A stretch of 64,000 nt of DNA from the IMG/VR virus record IMGVR_UViG_3300025035_000001; one strand, given 5' to 3'. Origin of the DNA: a virus. Below, in pieces: positions 1 to 9,900 of the stretch. How positions within the stretch are numbered: the first letter of the stretch is position 1; each line of letters opens with the position of its first letter. The translations under genes were made by a program, and so were the position numbers. The notes beneath the pieces were generated by a model. The model saw only the letters and a list, made by a program, of their open reading frames with translations, was not told where the DNA came from and ran no database searches.

Positions 1-3000
1 GGCTTTGGTGGAAGAATGGGTTTACGTATTTATCAGATGAATGATGCGATGGCTTTCTTAATTGAAGAAGGTTTAAATGAATTAGGAGCGAAAGTTCAGA
101 ACGGTGTTAAAACTTATTCAACAGAAGATATAAACGCAAAAGTAGTTAATACTTTAGCAGAGTTAAAAGAGTTCTTTAACAATGCACAATCAAGGTCTTT
201 ATCAGATGATTTTCAAAGAGTCGTTTTAAACATTAAACCTAATGAAAAAAAAAGGGCATCTAAATTTTTATTAAGTACTATTATTCCCGCAAATATTCAG
301 TTTGAAAAAGATTCTTTCGATACCTTCACAAATCTTTTTAACTATAAATCAACAACTTTTAAAAAGTTAAAAGGTCAACACATTCAACCAATTCAACAGT
401 TAAAATTACCTATTGAAAAGCTAGGTGATGATAGAGATGAATTAGTTACAATAGTTAGAAAAATGTTAATTTCTAAAATATCTGAATCAGATATAAGTCA
501 AGCATCTGAACTATTAAAAAATGAGGATCCTAATTTTAATAACAATCAGTTACGAGAACTTTTAGTAACTCAACTTAACTCTTATTTTACAAAACACTCA
601 GTAAGAGAAAAATATAAAGGTGGACAGTATGTAATCAGTCCTCAAACTACAGCGATTTATGAAGTTACTTTACCTGACGGAAGAGTTAAACGATATGCTG
701 GTTATTTTCAAGCTTTAAATTCAGCAAAAAGAGCTTGGAAAGATAATCAGGATACTGATATTGATTTTGGAAAGTTTTTAAAAACTAAAATTTCTAAACC
801 TCGAAGATTAAAAGGAGGTAATATGAAATTTAAAATTGTACAAGAGGGTCAGACTTTAGAAAAAGACTTCTTCGATACTAATATTTTTAAACTTTTAAAA
901 GATGCGTTTACAGATAAAAACAACGCTAGAAGAGCGAATGATATTGAAGCATTTAGAGAAGCTAAAGCTAAACACGAAGGAATATTAGGACTTGCTAATT
1001 ATACCGTTAAACAATTTGCTCAAGAGGGTGTCTTTATTGATTATAACAACGATTTAACTGTTAGAGAACAATATCCTATTGAAAAAGACAGTCTTAAAGT
1101 AACACCTTTTGAAATAGGTTTAAAATTAAAAGATGAGGACATTCAACAATTTGGAATTAAACCTTGGATGCAACCTGATGATATTGACCTTGACCATTTT
1201 AAAAGATTAGTTAGAAAAGAAAAAGGTTTACTATTTAACGAAGAGAATATTTCTCAAGATGAAGTAGATATAGAAAAAAAAGCAAAAGCATTATATAATA
1301 GTTTTCAAAGAATTATTGAAATGACTGTTTCTCGTACACCGGGTCAAGATTTACAATCTATTTTGGGAGGTAAAGTAGCTTTTATAACAAAAGGTAGTGA
1401 TAACAACATTGAAGCACCTATGGAGTTAGAGTATTTTCAAGGTGCTGACCAAGATATTGATAAAGGTGGTATTCCTATGATGGAAGCGGAAAACGGAAAG
1501 GTGATTTCTTGGCATCCAGATATGTACGACAATTTAGACAATCCTGATGTTATGCGTTTACCGTTTGTATTTAAAACTGATTATAAATTAGAAGAAAATG
1601 CAGATAAAGTATCTTCTATTGTTGCAGATATAATGCCTAAATATGACGAAAAAGAATTAATTGAAGCGATAAAAACAAGTAATAATTTAGGTATTCAAGC
1701 ACAAATTAAACTAGGTAAATATAAAACTTTTAATATTGATGATAAAAAAGTAGTAGAAGCTTTAAAAGAAAAACAAAAATGGAAACCTACTAGAAAAGGT
1801 GCTCGAAATTTTATCACACGTTTCTTATTCGATGCAGTAGTATTACCTGAAAACGCATTTCAAGCTCAAACAGCAATGACTATGGACGACTTAGATATGG
1901 AGGCTACTAACGCATCTAAAGGTAGATTAAGAAATCCTAAGAACCGATATAGTGCAGCTGCTCAAGACATTGCTAAAAACGATAACAACAAAGGTAAATT
2001 AACGATTGGTATTGCCGCTACCTTAATTAAAACTACAGGTATTTTTCAAAACGCCTATAATGAGTTAATGCGAAATTCTAATTTTTTATTCAGAAATACC
2101 CTTACTCCTTTAAGGGTAACTGATGAAAACGGTAAAATGGTTGAATATCAAGCAATACCTAATTTAAATTATAAAAATCTAAGTTTAAATACTTCAGATG
2201 ATAATTTAAAATACTTTATTGAAGTAATTCAAAGTTCTAAGTATGACCCACCTACAATACCAATAAATGGTGAAATGTTCAATAAAGCATACGTATTATC
2301 AGTTTTAGGTAATGCATTATCTACTAAAAAAGGTTCTAAAAAAAGAATTGAAGCGATGAAAAAAGTACGTAGTGTATTGAGTGATTTTGCTTCTTTTGAA
2401 GCGACCGTTACTTTTCTGGAATCTCAATTCTTATCCGCTGCTACAGATAACGCTAAGGAATTAATTCTTGAAAAAATAAATGCCGATGTAAGAACCGCAG
2501 GATTTTTTGGTTCTATGTTATTCAGAGGTGTTCCAATCGATGTGGCTATTGGGGTAATGACTCATCCAATGTTTGAATATATTGTATCTGAAACAGATAC
2601 TGATTTAGGTCAAGGTACTATAGAAATGTCAGATTTTATAGAAAGTATAGATGTAGAAGAAGAAGATGTTTTAGCGAATAATTTAAAAGAAACATTATTA
2701 ACGCTAAATAACATTAATGAACAAAACAGATTAGTAGCTAAGATAGCTTCTTTAAATCAAGGTACACCTAATAGTTTTTACGCTCAATTATCTTATCTAT
2801 CTCAAATTAAAAAATCACATCAAAAAATAACCAAAGATGAAGATTACATTTCATTAACTGCCGTGTTAGAGCAAATTTTAGAAGTAACACCTGAAAATCT
2901 AAGTCCTCATTTACATATTAATTTGATTGCGAGTAATCCTAATTATAAAGCATTAGTTAAAGGTTTAAATACTTTAGTTAGAGTACAAAGAACACTTTCT

Positions 3001-3900
3001 TCAGCTAATGATTTAGCTTTACAAATAGCAGAAAGAATTAAAGCCAAAAACACGGAAGAAGATATTAAATCATATTTAAGATTCTTGAGTGATGTTCAAT
3101 TAATTTCTTTTTTAAAATCAAACTCTCCAACGATTAAAAAAATGAAAAAGCTGACCAGAGCTAAATTATACAGTTCGGAAGGTGCTACAGAATTAAAAAA
3201 GATTTTACAAGATGCTATTTTAGAAAATAAAAATCAACTAGCGTATTTTGGTGGATACATTGCGGAAGATAACACTAAAGCCTTATATCCTGAAACTAGT
3301 TCCGAAATAAATTTAAAACCTAGTATAGTTATAGATTCAAACGACCCTATTGAATTAGAAATTAATATAAGTTTAATGAGAGCAGCCTTTAAAAAAGATG
3401 CTAATACAAAGATTGAAATAGGTGGTCAAAAGTTTGATTTTAAAGATATTTTATTTGTGTATGACCAATTAGTAACTAGGGGTTCTATGAGAACAGATTC
3501 TTTTGCAAGAGTAATGGTTTTAAACGATTGGAAGATTTTTGAAGATTTCAACGAGCTGGGTAAAAACTTAAACGATACTTTTAATATTCAAACATATCTT
3601 GACGAAGATAAAAATTATTTTACAGATGATTTTCATTTACAATTTACAGAAGTATACGGTGTTGAAACATTTGTAAAGGAAAACGAAAAAAGTAATGATT
3701 TTTTGTACGATTACGAAGGTTATGATACAGAAGAAAAATATGAAAAATATGATGATTATTTATCTTTGAAAATGTTAAAATCAGTAGAACCTGTGGCAGG
3801 AATAGTTACTAAAAAAGCGAAAACCAAAATAGAAAAAAATGATTTTATTCTTCAAATAGAAAAACTATTTGAAACTCCTAAAACTGAATTAATCTGTTAA
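1..3900 (+). CDS. crAss-like virion DNA-dependent RNA polymerase, C-terminal portion (5' end lies before the window)
   Basis: Frame is open from nt 1. SRTPGQD (RxP motif, 1330-1350) is followed by GADQDIDK (1441-1464), matching the DxDxD catalytic loop of double-psi-beta-barrel polymerases (DFDID in phi14:2 gp66). A giant virion-type gene follows. Confidence 0.8.
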   Translation, partial: GFGGRMGLRIYQMNDAMAFLIEEGLNELGAKVQNGVKTYSTEDINAKVVNTLAELKEFFNNAQSRSLSDDFQRVVLNIKPNEKKRASKFLLSTIIPANIQFEKDSFDTFTNLFNYKSTTFKKLKGQHIQPIQQLKLPIEKLGDDRDELVTIVRKMLISKISESDISQASELLKNEDPNFNNNQLRELLVTQLNSYFTKHSVREKYKGGQYVISPQTTAIYEVTLPDGRVKRYAGYFQALNSAKRAWKDNQDTDIDFGKFLKTKISKPRRLKGGNMKFKIVQEGQTLEKDFFDTNIFKLLKDAFTDKNNARRANDIEAFREAKAKHEGILGLANYTVKQFAQEGVFIDYNNDLTVREQYPIEKDSLKVTPFEIGLKLKDEDIQQFGIKPWMQPDDIDLDHFKRLVRKEKGLLFNEENISQDEVDIEKKAKALYNSFQRIIEMTVSRTPGQDLQSILGGKVAFITKGSDNNIEAPMELEYFQGADQDIDKGGIPMMEAENGKVISWHPDMYDNLDNPDVMRLPFVFKTDYKLEENADKVSSIVADIMPKYDEKELIEAIKTSNNLGIQAQIKLGKYKTFNIDDKKVVEALKEKQKWKPTRKGARNFITRFLFDAVVLPENAFQAQTAMTMDDLDMEATNASKGRLRNPKNRYSAAAQDIAKNDNNKGKLTIGIAATLIKTTGIFQNAYNELMRNSNFLFRNTLTPLRVTDENGKMVEYQAIPNLNYKNLSLNTSDDNLKYFIEVIQSSKYDPPTIPINGEMFNKAYVLSVLGNALSTKKGSKKRIEAMKKVRSVLSDFASFEATVTFLESQFLSAATDNAKELILEKINADVRTAGFFGSMLFRGVPIDVAIGVMTHPMFEYIVSETDTDLGQGTIEMSDFIESIDVEEEDVLANNLKETLLTLNNINEQNRLVAKIASLNQGTPNSFYAQLSYLSQIKKSHQKITKDEDYISLTAVLEQILEVTPENLSPHLHINLIASNPNYKALVKGLNTLVRVQRTLSSANDLALQIAERIKAKNTEEDIKSYLRFLSDVQLISFLKSNSPTIKKMKKLTRAKLYSSEGATELKKILQDAILENKNQLAYFGGYIAEDNTKALYPETSSEINLKPSIVIDSNDPIELEINISLMRAAFKKDANTKIEIGGQKFDFKDILFVYDQLVTRGSMRTDSFARVMVLNDWKIFEDFNELGKNLNDTFNIQTYLDEDKNYFTDDFHLQFTEVYGVETFVKENEKSNDFLYDYEGYDTEEKYEKYDDYLSLKMLKSVEPVAGIVTKKAKTKIEKNDFILQIEKLFETPKTELIC

Positions 3901-3904
3901 AATT

Positions 3905-6900
3905 ATGGCGATATGTATTAAAAATAAAAGTGGTGAAATAAGGATAGATAAATCTAATTACAAAGAATTTGAAAAAACTCATCCAGACTTAGCAAGTGAA
4001 ATTACAAAACAGATTAAACAAGGTGTAACTGATGAATTTTCCTTATCTTATCCTCCAAAAGGTTATTACCTTTTTAACACTTCTGGTTATGACCCTTCTC
4101 ATTTTACTTTTGAAAAAGGATTTAAATTTACAGAAAAAGATATTGATAGAGCTAATTTTTTAAATAAGCCAGTTAAAGTATTTGAAAATGTTGAAATCCC
4201 TTTTAAAAAAGGTCAACTTTTAAGAAACCGTTTAGGTGATACAAATATTATCTTAGCGAATGAAGATTCTAATAATAAAGAAGAATTTGATAAAATAGTT
4301 GATCACGAATTAGCTCATTTGCGTTTTGATAATCTTATAGATGAAAACGAAGCCGTTTCTAAATCGGCTAAAACAATATTGAGTAAATTAGAAACCTTAA
4401 ACGTAAGTAATAAAAAATTAGTAAAAGATTTACTAAATCGTGTTGATGGTAGCCCTTCAGAATTATTAGCGATTATAGATTCAGAACCCAAAGTAAAATC
4501 GTTTATAGAAAGTTTGTATTTAAGTAATGATGTGGATTTAATAGAGTCTGTAGAAACAATACATCACACTATGAATACATTTGTTAACGAGAATAGAACT
4601 TCAGAGGAATATAATGATAATTTACCATTTTCAGCAGCTAATTTAGATATTGAAACTTTAGAACAAACAAGTTTTAAAGAAGATGAAAACTATTTCAATA
4701 GAGTTAAAAAAACTTGGGATTTATATCAGACAAATAATAAGTTTAAAGGTTATGAGATAATTCAAAAAGGTGAGCACTCTTTTTTAGTTGAGAAAAATTA
4801 TGACAAAGAAAAAGGTTTTTCAGATATTGCTTATCAACAGCTTTTTCAAAAGTATCAAAGGGTCGAAGGTAAAACACTAAGTAATATTCTTAACGACAAT
4901 AATAGAGAAAGCCTTGTTAAATCAGAATGGGATGATTTAAAGCTTGATACTTTATCTGAACACGATTTGGTATTAGTGAGAAGAGAAAAAAAAGAAGATG
5001 GAAAAATTCAAGTATATATGCAGTATTTTCCAATCATGTATGTATTCCCTAGAGAACGTAAGTTTTTAGTAGCTACTGGATTCACCAATCAAAAAGGAAA
5101 AAATAAAGGTAAAGCAACTGCGCTACCTATTAATTATGACGATGTTATAGGATTTGCCAAATATTCAGGAAATCCTATAACAGAAATTCAACTACCTGCA
5201 AGTGGAGCAGAATATGCTAAAGAAATAGAGTTAGATACGCAAAATTTAAAAAAAGATTTTTCAATACAAACATATTCTCCTAATACCCATATTACGGTAT
5301 CGTTAGCTAATACTATTAAAGATAGAGTTAAACATGCTACAACTGTTGATAATTGGGTACAAGGGGGTGATGTGGTTAGAGTACGATGGGAAAAAAGTGA
5401 AGATTATAGAAACGATGAACATAAATTTAATTATTATGTAAAATTCTATAAAGTAGTAGCTAAACATGCTAACGCTGTAAGTGTTGCAATAAATAAAAAA
5501 AATGGAAGTGAGACTACTTTAGTTATTCCTTTTCATCAAATAGATAGAGTTGCTAAATCAAGAGAATCTTTCGATAAAGAATACAAAACTAAATTAAAAG
5601 AGGTTGAAATAACAAAAGGTAAAGAAACCTATACTGTATTTAATCCTGATGAGGAAGGAGAAATTAAAAAAATAGAGGATAGAAAAGAATATTTAAAAAA
5701 ACAAGGTTTAGATGAAAAAGAGTCAGAAAAAGAAATTTTATCTAGGATGTTACCTAGTGATTGGATAAAATATAAAGTAGCTAATCGAAAAGGAACATTA
5801 TGGGGAAAAATAATTAATGTAGGAGAAGATAGTGTTACTATTGTATCAGTTTCAAAGGAAGATACAAATTTAGAAGAAACAACTAAAAACTTTACCAAGA
5901 TTGTTTCTTTTAAAGATATTGAATGGCATTATTCTTCTTTGGATAAGGAAAACGAAACTTTTAGAAATCTTTATACTTATTTTAATAATCTTAAAGAAAC
6001 ATTTAACATATCTTCTAAAGCAGTAACAGCTTTAAATGAAGGAGCTGTGTTTCCTCCTGCTTATCGCACTATTACTGTTTCTAGTTTAAACGAAGACTAT
6101 ATAGACGAAAAAGGTAATTTAATGCGTTATTGGAAACAACTTAAACCAGGTGATAGGGTATCTCAAAGATTTAAGAAAAAAAATGGGGAATTTGGAATGA
6201 CAGTAGTCACAGTAACAAGAGTAGATTTACAAGGTAATGTATATTATGCCAACAAATCAGAATTTAAAACAACTAAAGGCGATTCTTTTTTTAGAACTAA
6301 TCGCTTTAAATTAAATCCTAAAGATGTTGTTAAATTTCATTTAATGGGAGAAACTGATTATCACCCTAGCTTCACTAAAGACTATCGTAAAAGCACATCT
6401 AAAGAAGTTGAAGAAGCATTTAAAGAATTTAATGAAAAATTAGAAGCTCAGAAAGCAAGAAACAATAAAAAAGATATTTCTTTAAACCAAGCAATTGAAT
6501 TTCAAAGTTTAGAAAAAGCAGAAGCTTTTAAAGAGTTGATGCTCGAACAGCAAAGACCCTTTACGTATGTGACTAAAGAAGTAACAGAGAAGAATCAAAA
6601 AAGAAAAGTTTATCTTAAAGCATGGGCTAAATTTTCTAAAGGTAAAGCCGTTAAAAAAAGTAATGGTGATTATGAAGCTGACCGACTAGTCACAAAGCTA
6701 GAAGCGGGTTACGCTAGAACAAATAATTATTTAACTATACCTATTGCTGCAAATCTTTTAAAAGAAGGTGATTATATTGCTCTAAAAAGAGATAATCAAG
6801 AATTTAAATTATATATTCAAGATGTATATAAATACAATCGAAAAGAGGGAGAAATAGGTTATTCTTTAACGACGTTAGGAAAAAGTAAAAAAGGAAGTCT

Positions 6901-9900
6901 ATATCATAGACAAGTTTATTTATATATTAATTTGAATGGAGAAGTTTCTGCAAAAATAGAGCAATTTGGTAAAAATGAAAAAGCAAAAGAAATTACTGTT
7001 GCTGCGTTAGGTTTAAAAGGTGGAGATTTAAGAAAAAATAAAGATTTAATTAGAGATAGAGACAATAAAACAGCAGCTCCTAAAATAAGAAAAACCAGAG
7101 CGAGTAAAGGTAAAATCAAAGCTCAAGATTTAGCAACGCTTACACAAATTGTAGATAATATAAATAATCTAACAGAAGCTAATGCTTCACTTGTAACAAA
7201 AGAAGAATTTAAACAAGCAATGATAAACAGAGGTGTTTATTATGTGAATGCTGAAAATGTAGAAAAAGCTTTTGTAGATAATGAAGGTAATATTGTAGTA
7301 AATAAAGAATTAGCTTCTACATCAGACGCTATGCACGAATATTATCACTTCGTAATGAGAAGTTTTGAAAAAGTAAATCCTAAAGCATATCAAGATTTAA
7401 TGAGTGCTGCGATGGAACATGAACTTTTTGAAGAAAAACGAGCTTTGTATTCTGATTATACTGATTTAGAAATAGCTGAAGAAGTTTTTGTAGGACTTGC
7501 TCAAGCTACTTTTGAATCTAAAAAAGACCCAAATTGGTTTGATAAGTTCAAGACTGTAATTAATGATTTTTATATACATTTTAAAAACTTTATCGGTAAA
7601 GTATTTGGTTATCAACCTTTTAAGTATGCAAGAGGTAGAGAGTTATTTAATATGACTTTAGAAGAACTCACACAACACTTTGGAAAAACAGATTTACGTA
7701 GATTAGAAAAAGAAAGAGTGACTTTATCTAATTCAATAACTGATTTAAGAAAAGGTGAAGCTATTCAAAAACTAAAAAATAATGTGTATTATGATGATAA
7801 TGTACCTTATCTGATTAATTCGCAAGGTGTTAGGTCTAAACTATTTGATAGAATACTACCTTTATCTAAAGATTTAGAAGTCGCATTAGAAATTTATGCA
7901 GAAATAGAATCTGATGTATTTAAACAAAAGATTAAAGATCAGAAGTTTCAAATACAAGATGGTGAATTACCTTTCAACTTAATTGAAAAGTATTTTGGTA
8001 ATCGTAGAGTAAGGTCTTCTCGTTTAGAAGCTTGGAAAACAACAAGAGATGAAGCTTTTGAAAAGATTAAAACCGCAGATATTATTAGTTTTAAAGAAGA
8101 AGAACATGAGTATTCTGTTAACGGTTCTAAAATAATAGGTAATTCTGAAAATTTAGAAAAAGAAGGAATTATTACACCTTATAATGAAGAAGATTTTAAA
8201 ACTAATTTAATTAATAACACTTTAGATTTAGTAGAAAAAACACAAGGCACATTAACTGAAGAAACCGAAGAGCAAATTAAAAGTAATATTGAACAATTTG
8301 TTAACCAGTTAAGTGTGATTAAAGAACCCGGTACATTGTTTCACAAAGCAATGCAAACTTTTCTTGAGGGTTATAATAAAGCTTATGGTAAAACTGATGA
8401 AGATAAAATAAGTAGGTCTTTAGACGATGCTTATGAAAAACTTATTGAAAGTGTAGATGGTGTAAATTGGTTTATAGATACACCCCAAATAAGAAATAAC
8501 TTTGAAACTAACGCAAGGCAACTTTTTGAAATTATTAAAATGAACTCAGGAGAGAATTTTAAAATTCTACCTGAACAAAAATTAACGTATACCGATGAAA
8601 ACGGTAAAATCACAGCCGCAGGTACGGCGGATATTGTCATTTTAAAAGCAAACGGTAAAGTAGATGTTTACGATTTTAAGTCATCTTATAAAAATGTTTC
8701 TAACTGGAGTAATTATAAAAACGAACACGTTGTAGCACAACAGTTGTCTTATCGCAGTTTTTTAAATTCTATGGGGCTTGTAGTAGATAATAATTTTATA
8801 TTACCTGTGTCTATGGATATGAATTTTAATACGGGTTATATTGATAGTTTTGAACCAATGAGTTTACTTAACATTTCAAGTTTTTTAAGTACTGAAGATA
8901 GAATAAAAATAGAAGATGAAATAAATCGTATTTATCCTGTTTCAGCTTCTAAAACAACTCAAGCTATTGAAAGTAATATTGAAGTAGCTGACTTTATGCA
9001 AGCTTATTTTAACTTCGATATTAATCCTACTAGAGAAACTACAGATGAAACAAACAAAAAACAATTTTCAGAAAGTTATAAATTTGAATCAGCAGTTCTT
9101 AGATTAATAGATAAACATAAAAACGGAAGATACACTGAAAAAAATCCTTTCGGAGATAAACCTATTTCAGTTAAAAAAGAATTAGAAAAGTTTAAAGTAA
9201 AAAAAGGATATAGTAGTATCGATAATATACCTATTGCGGATAGAATTAAAATTTATAAAGATACTTATTTAGATTTATTATTTAATTATGAAAAATCTAA
9301 AGGAAACACTTATAAAGCTGTAGTTGATTGGGTAAATGCACAAAGAGTAAACGTCTTATCTTCTCGCAATGTGGGTACAATGGCAGAGATAAACACTAAA
9401 ATCATAAAAAATAAAGATGATATATTTAATGAAACTTTCGCTTTAAAATTAGAAAAATATTTATACGATAGTAATTGGGAAGTAATTGAAAGTCCTGAAT
9501 TACAAGATTTAAACATTGTTGCTTTTTATCATAAACGAAATAAAGTTTGGGAATTTATTACTTTAACAGACAAAGACCCAAGCGACTATTTTCAAAATGG
9601 TGCTCAATCAACATTTCAACGAGTAGCTGCAATGCGTAGAAAAGGTTCTATTTTAGGAAAGTTTTTACCTGCACATCAGCTTACTGAAGATATTTTTGAA
9701 TCTACGTATGAAAACTATGAAGCGATGAAAGTAATGTTATTTATTATTAATAATCCTTCATTATTTAAAGATACTAAGATAGGAAAGTATAACCATGTTA
9801 TTAGCACTTCATCAACTACAAAAGATGTTGGGGATCAAACAATTAATTTTAATTGGTTTACTTTAGATGAAATGTTAAAACAATTAAAAAAAGTAGTTAG

